Source: Ignicoccus hospitalis KIN4/I
GTDB lineage: Archaea; Thermoproteota; Thermoprotei_A; Sulfolobales; Ignicoccaceae
DNA length: 32,000 nucleotides
Assembly (NCBI RefSeq): GCF_000017945.1
Contig: NC_009776.1
Location: forward strand, 1,050,001-1,082,000
Reading direction: 5' to 3'
Shown here: piece after piece, positions 16,758 through 25,185 of the stretch
How the letters are laid out: every line of letters begins with the position of its first letter
How positions within the stretch are numbered: the first letter of the stretch is position 1
Made by a program: the position numbers and the translations under genes
The notes under the pieces: model-generated
Told to the model about the DNA's origin: nothing
Database searches by the model: none
Seen by the model: only the letters and a program-made list of their open reading frames with translations

Positions 16758-16829
16758 GCCCCGCCGCGGGTCAGCCCCGCCGAGTCGGGAATCCCCTCCG
16801 ATGAGGCGGGGAGTTACCGGCGGGGCACA
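16758..16829 (+). ncRNA. Candidate H/ACA guide RNA
   Basis: Lower stem GCCCCGCCG (16758-66)/CGGCGGGGC (16818-26) followed directly by ACA (16827-29); upper stem CCCCGCC (16775-81)/GGCGGGG (16805-11); GAG/TGA internal loop resembling a kink-turn; 15 nt from upper stem to ACA; bipartite guide CGGGTCA...GTTAC. Confidence 0.72.
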
Positions 16830-16898
16830 CGCTTCGGCGCCGGTGATCTGAGGACCTCACCGATCGGAGATGCCGACCGTCCTCATCAACGCAAAAAA

Positions 16899-17174
16899 CT
16901 ACTGCACCATCTTGCTTACCGCGTACTTATAAAACTTCATGAGGCACGCGTGGCATATGTAGCCGCCGTAAGGCCTCTCCGGCCTCCTCTCGGTCTTGGA
17001 GAGCTTCCTTATCTCCACCGGCCTTCCCCTGGGGACCCCTCCCAAGGGCCTCCCGCAGATCGCGCACCTCGCCGCCTTAGGCTTCCTCTTCTCGAAGTGA
17101 ACTACAGTCTTGCCCCCGGGGGTCCTCTTGTAGACCCTCCTCCTGCTGCGAGAGCGGTACGCGGGCCTTACCAT
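16899..17174 (-). CDS. rpl34e: 50S ribosomal protein L34e
   Basis: [46 protein letters not shown]...[12 protein letters not shown]. Confidence 0.95.
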   Translation of the reverse strand: MVRPAYRSRSRRRVYKRTPGGKTVVHFEKRKPKAARCAICGRPLGGVPRGRPVEIRKLSKTERRPERPYGGYICHACLMKFYKYAVSKMVQ

Positions 17175-17207
17175 TTACTTAACCCCCCTCGCGCTCCCCT
17201 CAAGGCC

Positions 17208-17816
17208 TTATATCTTCTCCACGGCCTCCACGAACTTCGCCGCCGCCTCCTCCACCGCCCCTTGGCGGTTGTAGATCACGTTGACGGCCGCTCCCACCAA
17301 AACGGCGGAGGCTATAGCAGCGTTCCTGGCCAGCTCCATGAACCTCTTCAAGAAGTCGACGTCGGAGTAGTCGCTCCTCACCCTGCCCTTGTCTCCCCTC
17401 TGCCTCTCCACTATTTCCTCCGGGGAGGCTTCGATTACGAAAATTATGGCCGGGTTCAAGTTCTCTATTACATGCTTGGGGAGGCCGGGCCAGACGCCGG
17501 TCGGGGTGTTTATGGCGGCGTGGGTGTCGACTATCAAGACCCCCTCGTCGCCCAGCTCCGCCTTAGCCTCCTCTATGATGGCCTTGGCCGCCAAGGCTTG
17601 AAGCTCCCTCTGCTGGCTCAAGTTAAGCTTCCTCATCTCGTCCCTGTGCTGCACCCACCCCCTCTCCTTAGCTACCTTGAGCATGTAGTCCCCGAAGTTT
17701 GCAACCTTGACCTTGTAACCCTTCTCCTTTAACATCTCCACAGCCTTGCTGGTGACCGTGGTCTTGCCCACGCCGGGAACTCCGGTGGCAATGACTACCC
17801 TCATCATGCCCTTCAC
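17208..17816 (-). CDS. adkA: Archaeal adenylate kinase
   Basis: VVIATGVPGVGKTTVTSKA...VANFGDYMLKVAKERGWVQHRDEMRKL; adjacent to secY. Confidence 0.9.
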   Translation of the reverse strand: MKGMMRVVIATGVPGVGKTTVTSKAVEMLKEKGYKVKVANFGDYMLKVAKERGWVQHRDEMRKLNLSQQRELQALAAKAIIEEAKAELGDEGVLIVDTHAAINTPTGVWPGLPKHVIENLNPAIIFVIEASPEEIVERQRGDKGRVRSDYSDVDFLKRFMELARNAAIASAVLVGAAVNVIYNRQGAVEEAAAKFVEAVEKI

Positions 17817-19252
17817 TCTCCGAGGACCTTTCTGAGTAGGGGATATGTCTCTATCGCCCTCTCGTACGTCAACATAGTATAGTACTGCTGTAAGATCATC
17901 GTCGCCAACAAGAGCCCGGTCCCGGTTCCGTAGGCCCCGAATATGTCGGCCACTATAACTAACAAGGCCACGATTATGCTGGACAGTATGGTCAACGGGT
18001 ATATGTACTTGGCCAGTATCTTTTCCAAGTGCCTCGGGTCGCTCCTCGCCCCGGGGACGTGGAGGCCGGACTCTATCAAGTTCCTAGCTTGGGTCTTCGG
18101 GTCCAGCCCCGCCAGCTCGACCCACAAGTAGCCGAAGGCCACGGAGAGGGCGGTCAAGGCGATTCCGTAGGTGAACATCCTCAAGGGCTCGTGGATGAAC
18201 GCCAAGAGCCCCCTTGGAGGGGTCAAGTAGTAGGCCACCGCGGAGAGCGGGCTCCCGGGGGCGTGGGAAGCGACGGTCTGTATGTTAGCGAATATTATTG
18301 CTGCCAACAAGACCGGTATGTTTGTGACGTAGAGCAAGTTGAGGGGTATCTTTATCCTCATCCCCCTCATCTCCTTTACCACGAGGGGTACTTGGATCTT
18401 AACTGAGCTCAAGTAGGCTATGGCGGCTATCATAACAACGGTGGCTAAGAAGCCTATTAGGTCCGGCATCGCCCCCACCGGGACTCTCCGGCCGTCGCAG
18501 ACCACTTGGGTCCCGGGGACCTTGGGGGCGCCGAGGGGGTTGCCCAGTATTACGGAGGCGAGGCCGCACTTGAGCGCCGCAGGCACCAGGCCGGCCCAGA
18601 TGAGCTGACCGGCTTGGCTGAACCAGCCCGCGAACTCCCAAGCTATCCCGCTGACCACGCTGGCAGCTATGAACAAGCTTATCCCGCTCCCCAGGCCGTA
18701 GCCCTTCTGGATCATCTCGTCCATAATTATTACCAGTATAGTGGCGCCCGCCAACAGCAACATGTCGAGGACTATCACCGGCGCGGGGGGAGGGTTGTAA
18801 ACCACCACCCCGTCGGGGGTCACAGTGGTCCAGAGGCTCCCGGAGAGGACCAAGCCGATTGCCTCGAACACGGCCAGCACTACCGCGAAGCCCTTCTGTG
18901 CCAATGTGAACAGCTTCTTATCTTCTGGGTCGGTCAGGTCCAAGTCTATTATTTTCGCTCCCACCAACAGCTGCAAGACCAGGCCGGCGGTCACTATGGG
19001 CCCTATTCCCAACTGCATCAGTGTGCCCGCGTTGGCCGCGAACACTATGTTCATCAAGAGGAGGTTGAAGCTCGTCTGCACGCTCACGCCGGGCAGAGGT
19101 ATGTTGCTCATCATTAGGTAAGCAACCAAAGCGAGGGCGGTCCACGTGAGCCTCTTGTACAAGTTTATCTTTCTCTTAGGCCGAGGGACAGCCGGGACGT
19201 AGGTCCCAATTTCCGCCAGCACTTCCAAAGCCTTGCGCCCTAGGTCTTGCAC
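17813..19252 (-). CDS. secY: Preprotein translocase subunit SecY (Sec61 alpha)
   Basis: 479 aa polytopic; IPLPGV, GLVLQLLVGAKII, GYGLGSGISLFIAA, VVKEMRGMRIKIPLNLLYVTNIPV. Confidence 0.96.
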   Translation of the reverse strand: MQDLGRKALEVLAEIGTYVPAVPRPKRKINLYKRLTWTALALVAYLMMSNIPLPGVSVQTSFNLLLMNIVFAANAGTLMQLGIGPIVTAGLVLQLLVGAKIIDLDLTDPEDKKLFTLAQKGFAVVLAVFEAIGLVLSGSLWTTVTPDGVVVYNPPPAPVIVLDMLLLAGATILVIIMDEMIQKGYGLGSGISLFIAASVVSGIAWEFAGWFSQAGQLIWAGLVPAALKCGLASVILGNPLGAPKVPGTQVVCDGRRVPVGAMPDLIGFLATVVMIAAIAYLSSVKIQVPLVVKEMRGMRIKIPLNLLYVTNIPVLLAAIIFANIQTVASHAPGSPLSAVAYYLTPPRGLLAFIHEPLRMFTYGIALTALSVAFGYLWVELAGLDPKTQARNLIESGLHVPGARSDPRHLEKILAKYIYPLTILSSIIVALLVIVADIFGAYGTGTGLLLATMILQQYYTMLTYERAIETYPLLRKVLGE

Positions 19253-19283
19253 TTCAGCGTCCCCGCCCTCGCCGTGGGGGTTG

Positions 19284-19294
19284 ATTAATAAAAG
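19284..19294 (+). promoter_or_regulatory. TATA-box-like element for tRNA-Leu
   Basis: ATTAATAAAAG roughly 30 nt upstream of the tRNA 5' end. Confidence 0.6.
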
Positions 19295-19317
19295 GGCTCC
19301 GGTCCCTTGGGGTCGGA

Positions 19318-19404
19318 GCCGGGGTGCCCGAGCCCGGAAAAGGGGGCGGGCTTAAGACCCGCTGGCGTAGGCCTGCGTGGGTTCAAATCCCACCCCCGGC
19401 ACCA
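19318..19404 (+). tRNA. tRNA-Leu(TAA), class II, CCA encoded
   Basis: GCCGGGG...GCGGG CTTAAGA CCCGC, long variable arm TGGCGTAGGCCTGC, GTGGG TTCAAAT CCCAC CCCCGGC A CCA. Confidence 0.96.
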
Positions 19405-19414
19405 CCTAAAGGCC

Positions 19415-20452
19415 TCAGAGGGGCCAGTACCCCCTCAGCTCCCTCTTGGCCTCCTCCACGTAGAACTCCACCTCTTCCTCCGGAACGCTATCCACGACCC
19501 TCTCCTCGTCACCGAAGAACTTCTCCTTAGCGGCCCCAAGGGAGTTTAACGTACTCCTCGCTACGACCCAATTCACGTAGCCCCCCTCCAATGCTATGAC
19601 TATGGGGATCCCCAAGCTCTCCGCGAAGCTCGCGAGGGAGCTGACGGCCTCCCAGTGGCCGTCCACAGTAACCTCGAGGGACGCCAAGGGGTCGAGCCAG
19701 TGGGTGTCCCAGCCGGCGGAGACCAAGAGCGCTTGGGGCAAGTAAGCCTCGAGCACCGGCAAGACCACTTCGTGGAGGGCGTACAAGAAGCCCTTGTCCC
19801 CAGTGCCCGGGGGCAAGGGGACGTTGACGGTGTAGCCCTCCCCCTTACCGGAGCCCTTCTGGCTGGGGAAGCCCTCGAAGGGATAGAGGGTCCTAGGGTC
19901 TTGGTGTGTGCTGACGTAGAGGACCTCGTCGGTGTTGTAGAATATGTAAGCCGTCCCGTCGCCCCAGTGGACGTCTATGTCCACGACGGCGACCCTCATC
20001 CCCCTCCTCCTCAAGACCTCGGCGGCCAAGGCGACGTTGTTGAATATACAGAACCCCCTGCCTTCGGACCTCCGGGCGTGGTGGCCGGGCGGCCTGACGG
20101 CCGCGAACGCGAGCCAGTGGTCGCCCTCCACTGCCCTCTGAGCTGCGTAAGCCACCGTGCCGGCGGCGTAGAGGGCCGGCTCCCAGGAGGTGGGGCTGGC
20201 GTAGGTGTCTGGGTCCAAGTAGCCCCCTCCGGCCTCTATGACCCTCTTTACGTACTCGACGTAATCCCTATCGTGAACTAACTCCAACTCCCTTTCGTCT
20301 ATAGGGACTGGACTTCTCACTTCGACGTAATTCGGGAGCTTGGTCCTTTTCATCAAATCTAAGATAGCCTTTACCCTCTCCGGGCTCTCCGGGTGCCCGG
20401 GAGGGGTCTTGTGTAAGAGGAACACGTCACCCACGTAAATTGCCCTTTCCAA
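19415..20452 (-). CDS. Histone deacetylase / acetoin utilisation family deacetylase
   Basis: HPESPERVKAI, AAVRPPGHHA, FCIFNNVALAAE, VAVVDIDVHWGDGT, VSAGWDTH. Confidence 0.92.
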   Translation of the reverse strand: MERAIYVGDVFLLHKTPPGHPESPERVKAILDLMKRTKLPNYVEVRSPVPIDERELELVHDRDYVEYVKRVIEAGGGYLDPDTYASPTSWEPALYAAGTVAYAAQRAVEGDHWLAFAAVRPPGHHARRSEGRGFCIFNNVALAAEVLRRRGMRVAVVDIDVHWGDGTAYIFYNTDEVLYVSTHQDPRTLYPFEGFPSQKGSGKGEGYTVNVPLPPGTGDKGFLYALHEVVLPVLEAYLPQALLVSAGWDTHWLDPLASLEVTVDGHWEAVSSLASFAESLGIPIVIALEGGYVNWVVARSTLNSLGAAKEKFFGDEERVVDSVPEEEVEFYVEEAKRELRGYWPL

Positions 20453-20488
20453 GAGTTGTGCCCTTTACGGGCGGAAAAAAGGGGGGTT

Positions 20489-22843
20489 TTAGCCGACGAC
20501 CAGGAAGGTGGTGGTGGCTATTGAAGGCCAGAAGGCCTCCTCGCTGTAAGCTATCACCTTGACCGTGTAGCTGCCCAGCTCGGCCTCCTCCGGCACCGTG
20601 AAGGAGTACGCGAACTCGCCGTCGCCCTCGGAGGAGGCGAAGCCGGAGCTCACCAGCCCGCCCTTGGGGTCGTATATCGCGACGAACACTATAGCGTTCT
20701 CCAGGGGCTCTCCCTTGTTCTTGTCAACCACGTACACCTTCACCTCTTGCTCTTGACCCTTGACGGCCACCGGGGCGACCTCAACCTTCTTCACTTGGGC
20801 GAACTTGACGTTCTCGTAAGCTAGGTAGCTGAAGTTCTTGGCACTGAACGGGTAGTTGGGGTTGCGGAAGGCCTTGAGCACCGCGGAGTCGCTGCTCGGG
20901 TAGTAGCGGTCGAGGTACAAGGGCCCGTTGCCTATGACCGCGTGGCCGTGCTTCTCGATGAACTTGACGACGGCCTCGTAGTTAGGCGTGACCTTTATGC
21001 CCAAGAGGTCCTCGAGCTGGCCCACTTGGGGCGGCACGACCCCCTCGGAGGCGTCCTTCTCTAAGTACTCCTTAACTATCTTGACGTGCTCCGGGTTCAG
21101 TAGGTCTAACCAGTCCACTCCCTTGCTCTGAGCGGCGGTGGAGCTGAAGGCTACCTTGCCGTCTTCCACGGCTTGCTCCATGGCGTAGAGCAGCTCCCAA
21201 GGCGTGGATGGAGCGAGCACCGCCGCTACGGTGTAGGCCAGCTCGTCTGGGTCGAAGTGCATCATGTCGCTGTATATAACTATGGTGTTGGGGCTGACTA
21301 CTTGCACGCCCTTGAAGTTCTGTATCCAAGGACCGTTCACGCTGGCGACGTAGGGGTCGTATCTAACGTCGTCCTCACCAGACTTGGTGCCCCACTCCAT
21401 TACCAAGTAGACCCAATACAGCATGTCGGTTAGCCTGACCTTCTGACCGTCGTGGAACGCGCCCAAGTTGTCGCGCAAGTTGAGCACTATCATGGCCTTC
21501 GCGGTGGTTCCGGGCTTCACGTGGACCCACTTGTGCTCCTTGTAGTCGTAAGTTACCGCGTCGGGGGGTACGGCTATGTTGCCGGTCTTGACGCTCCAAG
21601 ACTTAGCTAAGAGGGGTATCTTCTCGCCGTTGTAGGGGTTGTTAGTCATGAAGTCGTCAACCATACCCTGGTGTATTATGACGCTGTAGAGGTCTTGGTA
21701 GCCCCCGACCGGGTTCCAAGCCCACTTGTGGACGTACTTGACGCCCACAGTGAGCTTGGGAGAGCCGGGCTTGTAGGCCATCATCTCCGTCCAGCGGTTG
21801 GAGATGCCGGTCAAGAGGTCGTCCACTACGTTCTTAACCTTAGCGTTGGTTATGTAAGCGTTTATCGGGCTGACTACGAATATCCTGACAGATTCTTCAA
21901 TGCCCATCCTGACTAGATCGTTGAGGAGTTCGTCCCTCTCCGCCTTATTGGCGTAGTCGCCGTTGGCCAGCTTTAGGGCTACCTCGTCTATCTCCTTGTT
22001 TTCGTAGTTGCAGAAGCCCGGGGTTTGCCAGCCCGGCATGTAGCCGAAGAAGGGGGCGTACATCTGGTAGACCGTGGAGTCGGAGTACTTGGTCATGGAG
22101 GAGCTGCCCCAGCCCTCGGTATACAAGTGCCACTCGCCCTTAGCGGGGTCGCTCATGTACACTAGCTGCAGAGCCTTCTTGAAGTCGCCGTAGATCCTCT
22201 CCACCTCGAAGCCCAGCTTCTCCAGCTCGTCGGCCAACATGTCGCCTATCTGCTTCCTCACGGGGTCGTCGTTCCTTATCATGAACTTTATCACTATAGG
22301 CTCGTCGTTGTAGTACCACTTGCCGGCCTTCATCACAGCTCCGGCCTTAGTTAATGCATCTTCTATCATCTTCTTGGCCTTCTCGAAGTCATACTGGAAG
22401 TTGAACTGCGCTAAGGTCTTTATCGCGGTTAGGTAGTCCGGGTTGACGGGCGTCAGCGGGGATATTATAGCGAAGCCGTAGCCGTTCAAGACTTGGCTGA
22501 CCACCTTTTGCCTGTCTATCAAGTAGTTGAGGGCGTACCTAACCTCTTTGATGCTGAAGGGGTTGAAGGGACCGCCGTGCTCTTGGGTCGGGCACGGGTT
22601 GACCAGTATGTCGTCCAACCCCCCGGAGGCTAAGTAATACTTGACGTTGGGGTTGTTGGCGACCTTAGGTATCATGTGAGATGGCACGAACCAGAAGTAC
22701 ATGTCCAGTTTGCCGTTCAGCACGTCTTGCACTGCGGTGGCCTCGTTGACGTAGCTCTTGAACACCTCCAAGTCTGCCTTGGCGCCGGGTAAGGCAAAGG
22801 CCAAGGCGACGGACAGCGCCAACAGAGCTGCGAGCTTCCTCAA
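20489..22843 (-). CDS. ABC transporter substrate-binding protein, family 5 (peptide/nickel type), with C-terminal beta domain
   Basis: Signal peptide MRKLAALLALSVALAFALPGAKA; FSIKEVRYALNYLIDRQKVVSQVL; C-terminal Ig-like GEPLENAIVFVAIYDPKGG...AELGSYTVKVIAY. Confidence 0.82.
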   Translation of the reverse strand: MRKLAALLALSVALAFALPGAKADLEVFKSYVNEATAVQDVLNGKLDMYFWFVPSHMIPKVANNPNVKYYLASGGLDDILVNPCPTQEHGGPFNPFSIKEVRYALNYLIDRQKVVSQVLNGYGFAIISPLTPVNPDYLTAIKTLAQFNFQYDFEKAKKMIEDALTKAGAVMKAGKWYYNDEPIVIKFMIRNDDPVRKQIGDMLADELEKLGFEVERIYGDFKKALQLVYMSDPAKGEWHLYTEGWGSSSMTKYSDSTVYQMYAPFFGYMPGWQTPGFCNYENKEIDEVALKLANGDYANKAERDELLNDLVRMGIEESVRIFVVSPINAYITNAKVKNVVDDLLTGISNRWTEMMAYKPGSPKLTVGVKYVHKWAWNPVGGYQDLYSVIIHQGMVDDFMTNNPYNGEKIPLLAKSWSVKTGNIAVPPDAVTYDYKEHKWVHVKPGTTAKAMIVLNLRDNLGAFHDGQKVRLTDMLYWVYLVMEWGTKSGEDDVRYDPYVASVNGPWIQNFKGVQVVSPNTIVIYSDMMHFDPDELAYTVAAVLAPSTPWELLYAMEQAVEDGKVAFSSTAAQSKGVDWLDLLNPEHVKIVKEYLEKDASEGVVPPQVGQLEDLLGIKVTPNYEAVVKFIEKHGHAVIGNGPLYLDRYYPSSDSAVLKAFRNPNYPFSAKNFSYLAYENVKFAQVKKVEVAPVAVKGQEQEVKVYVVDKNKGEPLENAIVFVAIYDPKGGLVSSGFASSEGDGEFAYSFTVPEEAELGSYTVKVIAYSEEAFWPSIATTTFLVVG

Positions 22844-22901
22844 GGGCCCACCTTCAGTTCTGCCCCCGAGGGAGAGTAGATAAGCGTCTATAGTCCGAGA
22901 T

Positions 22902-23336
22902 CTAAATCTGTGACTTGCGTTTCTCTATTACTTTAATGCTCTCTATCTCCGTGTAGGGGTACTGACCCTCCTCGTCCTTCTCATATTTCTTTACCATATC
23001 CCAAATGTTGAGCAGTGCTAATGAGACCGCCGTGAGGGCTTCCATCTCCACCCCGGTCCTCTCCACCGCCTTCACGGTCACCCTCACCTTCAGCCTATTT
23101 TCGTCCACCCTTTCGAACTCCACCTTGACGTCCGTGAGCCTTATGGGGTGACAGTAGGGGAGGAGCTGGGGGGTGAGCTTGGCTCCTTGGACCGCCACCG
23201 CCCCGGTGACCTCCAGCACGTTCCCCTTCTCGACGGCGTTCTGGTAAATTCGGTCCAAGGTCTCCTTCCTAAGCCTTATCACCCCCTCCGCGGTGGCCTC
23301 CCTATATACGACGTCCTTCTCTGTTATGTCCACCAT
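22902..23336 (-). CDS. moaC: Cyclic pyranopterin monophosphate synthase MoaC
   Basis: MVDITEKDVVYREATAEGVIRL...AVQGAKLTPQLLPYCHPIRLTDV...TGVEMEALTAVSLALLNIWDMVK. Confidence 0.95.
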   Translation of the reverse strand: MVDITEKDVVYREATAEGVIRLRKETLDRIYQNAVEKGNVLEVTGAVAVQGAKLTPQLLPYCHPIRLTDVKVEFERVDENRLKVRVTVKAVERTGVEMEALTAVSLALLNIWDMVKKYEKDEEGQYPYTEIESIKVIEKRKSQI

Positions 23337-23343
23337 TCCCCTC

Positions 23344-24297
23344 TTAGGTCCCACCGGACTTCACCAGTAACGCGGCGAGGGCCAAGCCTCCTATAAGCGA
23401 GAGGAAGGCCCCCACCGGCAAGTACCCGTAGGGGGTCTCCACCGAGTTGGCGACGAAGTCTGTAGTTACCATTACTAAGTACGACGTCACGAATGCTACG
23501 ACTAAGGCTTTGCCCGAGCCTGGGGGAGAGAGCCTCCTCCCCACGACTCCGCCTATCAGCCCCAAGAAAGGGAGGACCCCGCAGCAAGAGACCACGGCGG
23601 AGGAGGAGGCAGCGGAGATCAACACCGCCTTTAAAGCGGCCTTCTCCTCTACTATAGCGAAGCTCCTCGGGAAGCCCTCCGGGTACTCCAGCGAGCTGAC
23701 CTCCTTGTAAACTAACTGAGCGGTCGCCCAAGCCAAGGCCACTACTACGGTCAGCGCCCTGAGGGCCTCTTCGGAGGCGTACTGGGTGGTGCCCAAGAGC
23801 ATGGGTAATAGAGGTAAGCCGCTCTCGGCGGCCGCTAGGTAGGAGAGCAAGGAAGCGACGCCTTGTAGGGAGAGCGTCAACGCGATGCCGAAGGTTAGGG
23901 ACTGACGGGGGCCCAACTTGAAGGCGGCCAGCGCGGTGAGGGCTCCCGGAACCAAGGCCCCGAAGAAGGCCGCGAGGTAGGACTGGGGGCCCACCAGAGC
24001 GCTCAAGCCTAGGAGCAGCACCGCCGCCGCCAGGGCGGCCATCGCCCCGGAGAGTGTACCTATTAGATATGGGTCCATCAAGTCGTTCGAATAGGCGGAC
24101 TGCAACAAGGTAGCCGCAGAGGAGAGGCCCGCCGCCGCCAGGGCGTCAGCCCAGACCCTCTCCGCCCTTATCCTTAGGATTGGAAGCTCCAAGGTGAAGC
24201 CCGCCGGGCCGTAAAGGAGGGAGGCGAGGGTGGCTAGCGCGGAGAGTAGCAGTAGACCCCTCGGGAGTCCGCGAGGTGGAGGTGGAGCGCGTTCAAC
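23344..24297 (-). CDS. FecCD/BtuC-type ABC transporter permease
   Basis: Polytopic; LLGLSALVGPQSYLAAFFGALVPGAL, CCGVLPFLGLIGGVVGRRL; ORF opens at 24378 but the N-terminal extension overlaps the upstream gene, so start (24297 or later) is uncertain. Confidence 0.8.
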   Translation of the reverse strand, partial: VERAPPPPRGLPRGLLLLSALATLASLLYGPAGFTLELPILRIRAERVWADALAAAGLSSAATLLQSAYSNDLMDPYLIGTLSGAMAALAAAVLLLGLSALVGPQSYLAAFFGALVPGALTALAAFKLGPRQSLTFGIALTLSLQGVASLLSYLAAAESGLPLLPMLLGTTQYASEEALRALTVVVALAWATAQLVYKEVSSLEYPEGFPRSFAIVEEKAALKAVLISAASSSAVVSCCGVLPFLGLIGGVVGRRLSPPGSGKALVVAFVTSYLVMVTTDFVANSVETPYGYLPVGAFLSLIGGLALAALLVKSGGT

Positions 24298-25154
24298 AGT
24301 ATTAGCGGGGCCTCGCTTAGCCTCGGCCCCGGCCTCTCCACCACGTCCGCCGCCTCCGCGTATATCACGCACACCCACTTGACCTCCGGGACCAGTTTGA
24401 GGGTGGAGTTAACAGCGTCCCCCAAGTCGGGGCGCCCGCTGGTGAGGACTATTACCACGTCCGGCCTCAACGTCGCCAACTTCTCCTCGCTCACCCTCGG
24501 CCACCCCTTGTTCTTGATCAAGTTGACAGCGTTCAGCGAGTCGGCCACGCTGCTGATAAAGTTGTTCTCGCCCACGGCGTATATCCCCCACTTGTAGGGG
24601 TAGAACAGCGCGACGTACTTCACGACGGGCATTAACTTAGCTACCCCTTGGGCCAGAGTCAAGTTGCCCTCTATCCACCCAGCCACCTTCCGGGCTTCCT
24701 CCTCTTCGCCCAGCGCCTTCCCCACAGCCACTAGGTCCTCTTCCACGCACTTAACGCTCTCGCACACCCCTCCCTTGACGAAGAACACCTTTAGCCCGGC
24801 GCTTATGAGGTGATCCCTCATCCTCAAGTCGCTTCCCGCGTCGGCGAGGACCAAGTCCGGGGAGAGCGAGGCTATTGCCTCTACGTTGGGGTTCCAGAAG
24901 TAGCCCACTACCTTGACCTTGCCCTCCTTCACCAGCTCCTCCAGCTCCGGGGGGTAGGTGACGGGCTCCACCGTCCCTACGAGCTTGGAACAGTTCAGCA
25001 AGCAGACGGCCTCGCTCAAGGCCGGGGTGAGGGCAACTACCCTCTTAGGCGGGTAAGGGTTGACGTCTACTCTGTACCCCATTCTGTCTACGAAGGTTAA
25101 AGACCACAGAGGAACTAAGAACAACAATATTAACGTAATAGCCTTCTTATTCAA
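24234..25154 (-). CDS. BtuF/FecB-type periplasmic binding protein
   Basis: N-terminal signal; KRVVALTPALSEAVCLL, LGEE, VEAIASLSPDLVLA, LRPDVVIVL. Confidence 0.85.
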   Translation of the reverse strand: MNKKAITLILLFLVPLWSLTFVDRMGYRVDVNPYPPKRVVALTPALSEAVCLLNCSKLVGTVEPVTYPPELEELVKEGKVKVVGYFWNPNVEAIASLSPDLVLADAGSDLRMRDHLISAGLKVFFVKGGVCESVKCVEEDLVAVGKALGEEEEARKVAGWIEGNLTLAQGVAKLMPVVKYVALFYPYKWGIYAVGENNFISSVADSLNAVNLIKNKGWPRVSEEKLATLRPDVVIVLTSGRPDLGDAVNSTLKLVPEVKWVCVIYAEAADVVERPGPRLSEAPLILLNALHLHLADSRGVYCYSPR

Positions 25155-25185
25155 GTTCTTCCCCGTGGGGCTTCGCCCCTCCCCT

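Noticed and set aside
16755-16890. 5S rRNA, SRP RNA or RNase P RNA
   Set aside because: The conserved 5S loops, SRP helix 8 GGAAG/AGCAG motifs and RNase P universal core sequences are absent.
16838-16895. C/D box sRNA on the minus strand beginning GTTGATGAGG
   Set aside because: The C-like box is imperfect and no proper CTGA D box occurs at the expected distance.
17950-18641. Long shadow ORFs opposite secY (18029..18406, 18506..19117)
   Set aside because: secY is unmistakable on the minus strand; these ORFs have no plausible domain.
24267-24378. Gly/Arg-rich N-terminal extension of the FecCD-like permease
   Set aside because: MGVRDIRGGGGRGGEAGAEAKRG overlaps the end of the binding-protein gene and does not resemble a membrane protein N-terminus; a later alternative start is likelier.
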